Program-made: the position numbers and the translations under genes
The notes under the pieces: model-generated
Seen by the model: the letters and a program-made list of their open reading frames with translations, nothing else
The model's database searches: none
Told to the model about the DNA's origin: nothing
In this document: one piece after another, positions 8,359-17,121 of the stretch
Position numbering within the stretch: position 1 is the stretch's first letter
Layout: the number at the start of each line of letters is the position of its first letter
Assembly (NCBI GenBank): GCA_045863295.1
Contig: BTWA01000036.1
Span: 1 to 63,239, forward strand
Direction: 5' to 3'
Origin: Candidatus Hydrogenedentota bacterium
GTDB lineage: Bacteria; Hydrogenedentota; Hydrogenedentia; Hydrogenedentales; SLHB01
DNA length: 63,239 bases

Positions 8359-10646
8359 AACGCTTGTCTGTATTAATCGCAGGTCTCGTCTCGGTCTTGT
8401 GCGCCGCGAATGCGGCCGACGTTTCGATACTTCCCCATGGAAGCGCGCCGGCGGCCTTGACGAGCGGGCATTTTCCTGATCGTGTGCATGAGTTCGTGTG
8501 GCGCAATTGGGGCCTGCTTGAGACGACGCGGCTTGCGGATGTGTTGGGTGCGTCGGAGGAAGACGTAGCGGCCATTGCGGTATCGATGGGATTGAAAGGC
8601 GATTTGACCGTGCAACCGGAAATGCGGCAGCGCGGATACGTCACCATTATCCGGCGAAATTGGCACTTGTTGCCTTATGAGCAACTGTTGCAACTGTTGA
8701 ACATGTCCGCGGATCAGTTGGATGTGATGCTTCGGGAAGAGGATTTTCTTTGGGTGAAACTCGGCCGATTGAAACCGGCTTGCGATCCGTTGCGCTATTC
8801 CCCGCCCGATGAGGCCGCCAAGAAACGCGCGGCGGAAATCCGCGCGATTGTGGAAACGGAGTTTGGCGGATCGGAGGTCTCCGAGCCGCGTTTTGACTTT
8901 GTGAAGCAACTGGGAACTCCGTTGCCGTCCTTCACCCCCGTTGTTTCCAACGAAGACGCAGCGCCTTCCGTTCGGATCGTGTATTCGTATGTGGCCGTTT
9001 TCGGCGACCCGCTGTTGAATCCCTCCTTGAATCCCTATCCGGATGGTCTGCTGCAACGCCTTTCAGACGCGGGCGTAAACGGTGTGTGGCTGCATGCCGT
9101 GCTTCGTGATTTGGCGCCCGGAGGGGAGACGTTTCCTGAGTTTGGCGAACACCATGAGGAACGGCTGGCGAATCTCAGGGCCATGGTGGCGCGCGCGAAG
9201 CAGTTTGGCATCGACCTTTATCTCTACATCAACGAGCCCAGGGGTATGCCGGAATCATTCTTTGTTGATCGTCCTGACATGGCTGGGGCAAAGGAGCCCA
9301 CCTTGACGGCGATGTGCACAAGCCATCCGGCTGTGCGCCAATGGATGGGCGATGCGCTGGCCCATGTGTTCCGGGAGGTTCCCGATCTGGGCGGCGTATA
9401 TTGCATCACGGCGTCGGAGAATTTGACCAATTGTGCCTCGCACGGTGACTGGAAATCCTGCGCACGGTGCAAGGAGCGAACCGACGCCGATATCATCGCG
9501 GAAGTTGTGGGTGCAATCGAAGAGGGTGTGCACAGGGGAAATCCGAATGCCAAGGTGCTTATCTCCGATTGGGGTTGGCGCGGCCACGGAGATGCTCCCG
9601 ACATGATCGAGCGACTACCGGCCTCGGTGTGGCTGATGTCGGTCAGTGAGTGGCACCTGCCGATTGAACGCGGTGGAGTGGCAAGCACTGTTGGCGAATA
9701 CTCCATTTCATCCGTTGGACCAGGACCCCGTTCGCAGGCCCACTGGAAAGTGGCACGGGGAAAGAATCTACGCATCGGCACTGAGATACAGTTCAACAAC
9801 ACGTGTGAGATTGCCAGCATACCTTATCTTCCTGTGCTCGACTTGATTGCCGAGCACTGCGCAAACCTGCAGCCGATCAAGCTGGATGCCATGTTTATCG
9901 GGTGGACCATGGGCGGACACCCCTCCCCCAACTTTCAGCTTGCGGAACGGATGAGCAGGAATCCCCCACCAAGCGCTGAAGAGGCTCTGGATGCCGTCGC
10001 GCTGGAACGGTTCGGCCCGGATGGAGCACCCCACGCGCGCGAGGCATGGACGCTGATGAGCAATGCGTTTCGCGAATATCCATTTCACATCAGCGTCGTG
10101 TATACCTGCCCGATCCAGTGGGGCGCGGCCAATCCGTTGTATCCGGAAAAGACGGGCTACAGCGCGACGATGTGGGGCATTCCGTACGACGATCTCAACG
10201 GTTGGCGAGGACCCTATCCGGCAGACGTGTTCGCGGACCAGTTTCAAAAGATCGTGGATGGATGGATGCCCGGTATAGATGCACTGGAGAAGGCCGTGGA
10301 GCATACCCCATCAGATAAGCGGGCAGCGGTCGAAGCGGATCTGCGTTATGCACGAGCGGCGGCCATTCATTTCCAGTCTGTTGCCAATCAAGCGCGGTTT
10401 GTAGACTTGCGGGACGCGCTTCACGAGTTGAACGACAGCGAGATCACGAACGAAGGAAGAAACGTGTTGCGTATGGACATACGCAAACTGGTAGATGCGG
10501 AGATTGCGCTTGCGAAGGAATTACACGCGCTGTCTCTTAGAGATTCACGCATCGGTTTCGAACCGTCTTGTCAGTATTTTTACTTGCCGCAGGATCTGAT
10601 GGAAAAGGTGGTCAATTGCCGCTGGATACTGGAGAATCTGGATTAG
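8355..10646 (+). CDS. Secreted hypothetical protein, probable glycoside-hydrolase-like TIM barrel
   Basis: 763-aa ORF with signal peptide; ATGA overlap with the upstream gene; 'GVNGVWLH', 'GIDLYLYINEP', 'VPDLGGVYCITASENLTNC', 'CARC' resemble barrel strands with a Cys cluster. Confidence 0.6.
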   Translation: MKRLSVLIAGLVSVLCAANAADVSILPHGSAPAALTSGHFPDRVHEFVWRNWGLLETTRLADVLGASEEDVAAIAVSMGLKGDLTVQPEMRQRGYVTIIRRNWHLLPYEQLLQLLNMSADQLDVMLREEDFLWVKLGRLKPACDPLRYSPPDEAAKKRAAEIRAIVETEFGGSEVSEPRFDFVKQLGTPLPSFTPVVSNEDAAPSVRIVYSYVAVFGDPLLNPSLNPYPDGLLQRLSDAGVNGVWLHAVLRDLAPGGETFPEFGEHHEERLANLRAMVARAKQFGIDLYLYINEPRGMPESFFVDRPDMAGAKEPTLTAMCTSHPAVRQWMGDALAHVFREVPDLGGVYCITASENLTNCASHGDWKSCARCKERTDADIIAEVVGAIEEGVHRGNPNAKVLISDWGWRGHGDAPDMIERLPASVWLMSVSEWHLPIERGGVASTVGEYSISSVGPGPRSQAHWKVARGKNLRIGTEIQFNNTCEIASIPYLPVLDLIAEHCANLQPIKLDAMFIGWTMGGHPSPNFQLAERMSRNPPPSAEEALDAVALERFGPDGAPHAREAWTLMSNAFREYPFHISVVYTCPIQWGAANPLYPEKTGYSATMWGIPYDDLNGWRGPYPADVFADQFQKIVDGWMPGIDALEKAVEHTPSDKRAAVEADLRYARAAAIHFQSVANQARFVDLRDALHELNDSEITNEGRNVLRMDIRKLVDAEIALAKELHALSLRDSRIGFEPSCQYFYLPQDLMEKVVNCRWILENLD

Positions 10647-10648
10647 TT

Positions 10649-12337
10649 CTATTCAGATTCGTGGATTGAAATGGCGGTCTGCGGAGAGATGCCTTCGTGG
10701 ATAACGCCTGCCGCCGCTAACAAACGAGCTTGCGCGATGTTCAACGAGGTGATGTATTGAACTCGCTTCAGACGAGCTTTGGCCAACAAATCCTGCGATT
10801 CCAGCACTTCGAATGCGATTGCGGTGCCGGATCGATATCGAGCCAGACTCACCCTCTCATTTTCGGCAGAAGCGTCAATCTCATCGTCCACGAGATCAAG
10901 TAGTCGCATCGCGGTTTCCATTTCGCTTTGCGCCAGTCTGACTTCTCCTGCCGCCTCTTCCTCGACCTTTTGAGCCTTCAATTCAGTCGATTTATACGCC
11001 TGCCTGCGTTCCGCAATGCGATCCAGTTTTGCCCAGGATAGGCTCCATTGCACCCAGACCCCGTACCGTTCCTGACGGTCCAAGTCTTCGATACTCTGAC
11101 TTGGGGATTCAAGCAGGTTCTTGTACGCATAGAATGATCTTGCACCGGATCCAGCGGCATTACTAAACGTTGCAAATGGGTTGCCGCCTTGTCCCGCCGC
11201 CGCAGTGACGAAATTCTGCCAGGAACTCACCGACCGGCCGGCGGATCCAGCAGCCGCGCTCATTGCTTGTCCATAATCCGGAGAGGCCTTGCTGCCGTCA
11301 CCACCCACCCCTGACAACTGCCATTCCATCAAAATGACCGGTGCCGCCAACTCCCAAATGGCCGCCTGCAACTTGGCCCGTGCGGCTGCGGCGGTCTCTT
11401 TGGCTGACAATACGTCCGGCCTTTCGGTGGCTTTGACGGCCATCGTATCCATGGGTTGTTCCATTGCCAACGTCCATGGATTCGGATCTATTTCTTCGGG
11501 CACCAGCTGCACTTGAGGATCTAGCCGCAAGACGACAGCCAAACGAATGCTCGCATCACGGACAAGTCCTCTCGACAACTCCAGTTGTTGGCGGCTTGCC
11601 GCCAAGCTTACACCTGCTCTGGACACGTCCGCCCCCAACCCAACACCTGCATCGAAACGCACTTTTGTTATGTTCTCAAACTCTGCACTCGAATCCACAA
11701 GCAGTACCCCGATGCGGGTTGCTTCCGACGCAAGTACAAGGTTTTGATACAATTCGACCACGTTCAATAGGAGACGCTGCTCTGTGGAAAGCGATTCCAG
11801 AATGGCCGCTTCCAATGAGCGACGGGCGGCCAATACCTCGTATATTTGCGACACGATATTCACCTGTAATGAAATGGCGACGCCAGCCATATGCGATCGC
11901 GACTCCACTTCGCGAAAATCGCCGAAACTACCTTGAACAAGTCCGTCTGTCCGGGATACACCCGCCTTTATGTTCAGTTCTGGCACAAACGCATGGGTAT
12001 TCGCTTCCGCTTGCACTTTGGCGAGTTCATAATTTGAGCGAGACAACGCAAGATCCAGATTGGAGTCCAAGGCCAAGCCTATTGCCTCATGCAGACTAAT
12101 CCGGCGCACTTCAACGTCATTTCTAACTAAGGAGTCAGGCGACGAAGCAGTATCCACGTCAGTGCTTTCCGGAAGCGGCGAGTGATCTTCAGCCTCCAGT
12201 TGATTCGCGTTGCTATTGCTCACTGTATCTTGATCACTAGCGGCGTTTGGTTCCGCGAGCACGACAAAGCACAGCAACAGGAGTATTCGCACACTGATTG
12301 TCAGATAGCCACACAAATGCGAAGCCATGAAGTCCAT
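10649..12337 (-). CDS. TolC-family outer membrane efflux protein
   Basis: 'ISLHEAIGLALDSNLDL', 'RPDVLSA', 'RYRSGTAIAFEVLESQ'; last gene of the RND operon; start re-placed just after the MFP stop with a GAGG RBS. Confidence 0.85.
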   Translation of the reverse strand: MDFMASHLCGYLTISVRILLLLCFVVLAEPNAASDQDTVSNSNANQLEAEDHSPLPESTDVDTASSPDSLVRNDVEVRRISLHEAIGLALDSNLDLALSRSNYELAKVQAEANTHAFVPELNIKAGVSRTDGLVQGSFGDFREVESRSHMAGVAISLQVNIVSQIYEVLAARRSLEAAILESLSTEQRLLLNVVELYQNLVLASEATRIGVLLVDSSAEFENITKVRFDAGVGLGADVSRAGVSLAASRQQLELSRGLVRDASIRLAVVLRLDPQVQLVPEEIDPNPWTLAMEQPMDTMAVKATERPDVLSAKETAAAARAKLQAAIWELAAPVILMEWQLSGVGGDGSKASPDYGQAMSAAAGSAGRSVSSWQNFVTAAAGQGGNPFATFSNAAGSGARSFYAYKNLLESPSQSIEDLDRQERYGVWVQWSLSWAKLDRIAERRQAYKSTELKAQKVEEEAAGEVRLAQSEMETAMRLLDLVDDEIDASAENERVSLARYRSGTAIAFEVLESQDLLAKARLKRVQYITSLNIAQARLLAAAGVIHEGISPQTAISIHESE

Positions 12338-12341
12338 CAGG

Positions 12342-13508
12342 TTAATTTTCCTCTTCAACCGTGACCGGCTGGCCTTCCAAAAGCAATGGACTGTTTTGTG
12401 CAATGATTTGGGTATCAGGTGTAAGGGGACCTGCGACGACAACGTCAGCGCCGGCATCGGACAGTGTTTCGACAGGCACCTTTACTGCTTTACCGTTGCT
12501 TACGATGAAAACGCACGTCTTGCCATCAACAGTTCGTAATGACAAGGTAGGAATAAGGTTAATCCCTTCAATGCCCGCCAGGGGGATTTGCAGCGAAGCG
12601 TACATCCCCGGCGCAAGCTCTCCACTTCCGTTGTCAACATCCACTTCTACCCGCATGGTACGACTTTCGCTCTCTATGGTCGCCGTTCGTCTTGCGACTA
12701 CACCGTTAAAAGGCCTTCCTGGCCATGCAGCCAACGAATACTCCACCTTGGCACCCACTTCAATAAATGGGGTCAGCCTTTCCGGCAGATCGAACACCAG
12801 GCGGAGTTTGGATAGTTGCGATAGTTCGACGATTGGCTGGGTACCGGAACCTGCGGCAACAAAGGCGCCTTGGTCGGCCAGGCGCCGGGTGATCGTGCCA
12901 TCGAATGGTGCGCGGACAATCAGGTACTCGAGCATCGTCTCTATTCGCTTCAAGTCGGCTGCCGCCACTCCCACCTCCGCCTCGGCGATTGCTATTTCGG
13001 CCGCGGCAATCGTGCTTTGCGCTTCGGCGATCTCAACGTCCTCAACAGTTACCGCACCTGATTCCTGGTCGCGCAACGCGGCCAATCGCTTGTGCGTGCT
13101 GGTTGCCAGCCTTGCGGTCGCTTGCGCTTTGCCTACGAGCGAGCGTGCGGCCCGCAGCTTGGCATTTGCGAGTGCCAGATCCGGTTCCATTTCTGGAGCG
13201 CTCAGTCTGGCGATTATGTCCCCCTTTTTGACTGTGTCACCTTTATCTACGGAGATTTCCTCAAGATAACCGGAGATTTTTGAATAAAGGGGCACCTTTT
13301 CGTCTGGAATCAGGGTGCCCGGAAGTTTAATGAACTGCGCTATTGCGCCTTGTTTGGGTTTCACCGTCTTCACCTTGATAGGTTCAGCAGGGTTGCCGGC
13401 CAACGGTAGCACCTGGGATGAAGCAATGAAACTCACCAAGCAAGATGCGCACAGAAGCGCCCACACGCTTCGAGTTCCGAAAGTACGCGCGCCACATTTT
13501 GGCAACAT
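12342..13508 (-). CDS. RND efflux periplasmic adaptor (membrane fusion protein)
   Basis: 'LYSKISGYLEEISVDKGDTVKKGD' lipoyl-like half, coiled coil, 'IVRAPFDGTIT', 'RTMRVEVDVDN...LAPGMY'. Confidence 0.92.
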   Translation of the reverse strand: MLPKCGARTFGTRSVWALLCASCLVSFIASSQVLPLAGNPAEPIKVKTVKPKQGAIAQFIKLPGTLIPDEKVPLYSKISGYLEEISVDKGDTVKKGDIIARLSAPEMEPDLALANAKLRAARSLVGKAQATARLATSTHKRLAALRDQESGAVTVEDVEIAEAQSTIAAAEIAIAEAEVGVAAADLKRIETMLEYLIVRAPFDGTITRRLADQGAFVAAGSGTQPIVELSQLSKLRLVFDLPERLTPFIEVGAKVEYSLAAWPGRPFNGVVARRTATIESESRTMRVEVDVDNGSGELAPGMYASLQIPLAGIEGINLIPTLSLRTVDGKTCVFIVSNGKAVKVPVETLSDAGADVVVAGPLTPDTQIIAQNSPLLLEGQPVTVEEEN

Positions 13509-13572
13509 GTGACAATTCTCCTAGAATCAATTACGGTTCTGCTGAATGTTTTGTATTTGTGATTCCGTTGTC

Positions 13573-16500
13573 CTACAAATCGTCCGGGTGAAGCGACACA
13601 TTCACAGGCGCTTTCCCACGCCTTGCAATCGAGAAGATAGCGGGAAGCACAAAAAGCGTTGCTATCGTGGCGGCCATGAGTCCACCAATGACGGCACGCC
13701 CCAATGGAGCGGCTTGTTCCGCCCCCTCCCCCCATCCCATGGCCATGGGTATCATGCCAGCCGTCATTGCAGCGCTTGTCATCAGAATCGGGCGCAATCG
13801 TCCAACCGAGCCGTGAACAGCGGCGGCAACTGCGTTGCGTTCCTCTTTTCGATACCGTTCCGCAAACGTAGTCAGCAAAATCGCATTTGCGACTGAGACG
13901 CCTATTGCCATGATTGCTCCCATAAAGGATTGGATGTTAAGCGTGGTCTCAGTGAAATAGAGTGCCAAAACCACGCCAACCAACACGGCCGGTACCGTGG
14001 AAACTACGGTGATTGCGAGCACGAAGGACTGAAAGTTTGCCGCCATCATCAGTAAAATGACTATGACAGCAAGAAGCAAACCCATTTGCAGCTGGCTGAG
14101 GGCCTGCTCCATTGGAGCCACTTGCCCGCGCACATCGACGGAAACGCGTGGAGGGGCTTCGCCCAATGACGCGAGCGCGGAGCGTACTTTTGCAGCGGTA
14201 GTTCCGAGGGGTTCGTCATACACGTTGGCCGTCATGCTTACTGTGCGCTGCATGTTATACCGATCATACTTTCCAACGGTCGTGGAACGCGTTACGTCAG
14301 CAATGTCCTGCAGGAGAATCGGGCTCTGGTTGGCATGCGCAACGGGCACATTCTTCAGTTGCTCAATGGAGTTCATTTGTGCCTGGGGAATCTCCACCTG
14401 AAGTTGATACGCCACACCACTCTTGGGGTCTGCCCAGTATACCGGTGTGACAAACCGGCTTGACGAGGTGGCCGATACGAGAGATCGTGATACGTCAGCC
14501 ATCGTCACGCCGGAAAGGCCTGCCTTTTCCCTGTCGACGTGCACTTTGACCGCAGGATAGTCGTCCGTCTGAATAATCTGTAGATCCCTGAGAGAATCCA
14601 CACGGTCGAGTTCCGACTTGACCTTTTCGGCAAACGAGCGGTTCGCGGGCATATCCGGCCCACTCACCGCCACCTCAATTGGAGTTGGTGAGCCGAAACT
14701 CATGACCCGATTCACGATATCGCTCGGTTCAAACGAGTACTTTACGTCAGGCAGGCTTTGCGCGAACCGGGAACGGAGTCGCTCCTTGAATTCCTCGATG
14801 AAGATTCCGCTATTCGGTTTTAGCGCGATCTGCAAGACTGACTCCTCGGGGCCGCCGGTCCAGAGATGAATGGCGTTAACGGGATAGCTGGATGGTTGCA
14901 CACCCACAAACCCCATGGATATCTCAACATTGCCGTCTCCGGCTTCCTCTCCAACGATCTCCAACGCCCGCTTGGTCAGAGCTTCTGTACGCTCTATATT
15001 CGTGCCTGTAGGGGCACGCAACCGCATCTGGAACTGTCCCATGTCCACTTTTGGAAAAATCTCTGTCCCGATTTGCGGTGTCACATACAGGAGAAGCGCG
15101 ATTGTGCCCGCCAAGTATGCGGGAACGAGCAACCAACGCAAGCGGAGTGTTCCTGTAAGCAACGAGCCATATGCCGTTTGCACTCGGTTGAACACCGTCT
15201 TGCCGCTTTCGGCATGAGCGTGCGGCTTGTGTTTCAAGAGTTTTGCGCTAAGAATGGGCACAAGCGTGCTCGATAGCAGATAGGATACAAGCATAGAAAA
15301 GCCGACTGCCAACGAAAGCGGTATGAACAGGGCTCTGCCAGCCCCTGTCATGAAAAACGACGGTACGAATACCGCCACAATACACAGCATGGCCAGTAGA
15401 CGCGGGAAGGCAGTTTCCGTAGTAGCATCCAAGACGGCCTGTCTGACCGGACGGCCCCGTTCAAGATGAGTGTGGATATTCTCAATGGTAACCGTGGCTT
15501 CATCCACCAGGATTCCCACAGCAAGCGCCAAACCGCCTAGTGTCATAAGATTGACGGTCGCGCCGGTGAGCCATAGAGCAAGCAGTGCGCCTGCGATGGA
15601 AAGTGGGATATTGATGATGACTACGAATGAACTCCGCCAGTCACGTAGAAACAACAGCACCATGACCGCAGTAAGCCCTGCCCCGAGAATGCCTTCGAAC
15701 AAGAGTCCATTGATCGCCCGAACAACATAGGGAGATTGATCAAATTCGAAGCTCACGGTCACATCATCCGGCAGTGTGCCTTGAAATTTGGGAATATTCG
15801 CTTTAACCAGTTCGATGACCGACATCGTGGAGGCATCCGCCCGCTTTGTAACGGGAATGAATATCGTGCGGCGCCCATTGACTAACGCGTAGCCTGTCGC
15901 GATGTCAGAACTGTCTTGAATGACGCCCAAGTCCCTCAGAAACACAGTCTGATCACGCCCAGGTCGTATGGGTACGCTTTCGAGATCCTTGATATTCTGA
16001 GCGATGGAATTGAGGGGAACGATCGGAATCTGATCGTCAATCCTGATGTTACCCGATGGGCTGACCGTATTGGCCTGGCTTATCGCGGCCACCACTTCGT
16101 CTGGCGACATGTTGTGGGCTCTGAGCCTTTCCGAGTCCACACGCACGACAATGGTGCGCTGACTTGCGCCAAAGGGCGGCGGAGCGGAGACGCCTGGCAA
16201 GGTTGCAAACATGGGCCGCACACGGTTCAAGGCGAGGTCCTGCATTTCACTGAGGCTGCGGCTCTCGCTTGAAAACACGAGGAAGCCGACGGGTATGCTA
16301 CCGGCATCAAAGCGGGTCACGAACGGAGGTACTGTACCAGGCGGCATAAACGAGCGTGATCGATTGACTTGCGCCACGGTCTCGGCTAACGCTTGTGCCA
16401 TGTTAGTTCCGGGGTGGAATTGCAGTTTTATGAGGCAGACACCTTGAATTGACTTGGACTCTACGTGCTCGATGCCAGTCACATATAAAAAGTGGTATTC

Positions 16501-16701
16501 GTAGTAGTTGGCAATGTACCCTTCCATTTGCGCCGGGTCCATGCCGCCGTACGGTTGGGCTACATAGATAACTGGAATTCCCAGGTTGGGAAAGATATCG
16601 CGAGGCATTCGTTCGACAGCGAATCCGGATGCAAGTCCAAGCGCAATTACCGCCACGAGGATTGTCACCGGGCGGCGCAACGCGACGGAAGCAAGATTCA
16701 C
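13573..16701 (-). CDS. RND efflux transporter permease (AcrB/AcrD/AcrF superfamily)
   Basis: 1042 aa; 'ALRRPVT', 'NLMTLGGLALAVGILVDEATV', 'RLRPILMTSAAMTAGMIPMA', 'APLGRAVIGGL'. Confidence 0.95.
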   Translation of the reverse strand: MNLASVALRRPVTILVAVIALGLASGFAVERMPRDIFPNLGIPVIYVAQPYGGMDPAQMEGYIANYYEYHFLYVTGIEHVESKSIQGVCLIKLQFHPGTNMAQALAETVAQVNRSRSFMPPGTVPPFVTRFDAGSIPVGFLVFSSESRSLSEMQDLALNRVRPMFATLPGVSAPPPFGASQRTIVVRVDSERLRAHNMSPDEVVAAISQANTVSPSGNIRIDDQIPIVPLNSIAQNIKDLESVPIRPGRDQTVFLRDLGVIQDSSDIATGYALVNGRRTIFIPVTKRADASTMSVIELVKANIPKFQGTLPDDVTVSFEFDQSPYVVRAINGLLFEGILGAGLTAVMVLLFLRDWRSSFVVIINIPLSIAGALLALWLTGATVNLMTLGGLALAVGILVDEATVTIENIHTHLERGRPVRQAVLDATTETAFPRLLAMLCIVAVFVPSFFMTGAGRALFIPLSLAVGFSMLVSYLLSSTLVPILSAKLLKHKPHAHAESGKTVFNRVQTAYGSLLTGTLRLRWLLVPAYLAGTIALLLYVTPQIGTEIFPKVDMGQFQMRLRAPTGTNIERTEALTKRALEIVGEEAGDGNVEISMGFVGVQPSSYPVNAIHLWTGGPEESVLQIALKPNSGIFIEEFKERLRSRFAQSLPDVKYSFEPSDIVNRVMSFGSPTPIEVAVSGPDMPANRSFAEKVKSELDRVDSLRDLQIIQTDDYPAVKVHVDREKAGLSGVTMADVSRSLVSATSSSRFVTPVYWADPKSGVAYQLQVEIPQAQMNSIEQLKNVPVAHANQSPILLQDIADVTRSTTVGKYDRYNMQRTVSMTANVYDEPLGTTAAKVRSALASLGEAPPRVSVDVRGQVAPMEQALSQLQMGLLLAVIVILLMMAANFQSFVLAITVVSTVPAVLVGVVLALYFTETTLNIQSFMGAIMAIGVSVANAILLTTFAERYRKEERNAVAAAVHGSVGRLRPILMTSAAMTAGMIPMAMGWGEGAEQAAPLGRAVIGGLMAATIATLFVLPAIFSIARRGKAPVNVSLHPDDL

Positions 16702-16777
16702 TTTGCATAGTCCTTATGATCAGTAAATCAAAGACCCCACAGACAGCTCTTTACGACTATCGAGTACGGTACACGTT

Positions 16778-17098
16778 ATGCGAGATAAAAACAAGGTACT
16801 GCTCCGCGAATTCCTCTTAAGCTTCTGGAAAGTCCACATTCTGCACCATGCCGGTGAGGGCCCAGTCGTAGGACAATGGATGCTCAGAGAATTGCGCGCG
16901 CACGGGTATGACGTGAGCCCGGGAACTCTATACCCATTGCTAAATCGCATGGAGAAGTACGGTTGGCTGAAATGTACTTCAGATCCTGATGCAGGAGCTA
17001 GAGCGCGTAAAGAATACCGACTTACACGCGAAGGCAAGCAAGTCTTGAAATCCGTGCAGGAACATATTTCTGAATTGCATCGTGAGATCTCGGAATAG
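16778..17098 (+). CDS. PadR family transcriptional regulator, divergent from the RND operon
   Basis: 'FWKVHILHHA..GQWMLRELRAHGYDVSPGTLYPLLNRMEKYGWL..RKEYRLTREG'. Confidence 0.92.
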   Translation: MRDKNKVLLREFLLSFWKVHILHHAGEGPVVGQWMLRELRAHGYDVSPGTLYPLLNRMEKYGWLKCTSDPDAGARARKEYRLTREGKQVLKSVQEHISELHREISE

Positions 17099-17121
17099 CT
17101 TTTGCCATTCCTGAAGCAACA

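Noticed and set aside
12338..12457. TolC ORF extension overlapping the MFP gene
   Set aside because: A better start with RBS and signal peptide lies just after the MFP stop
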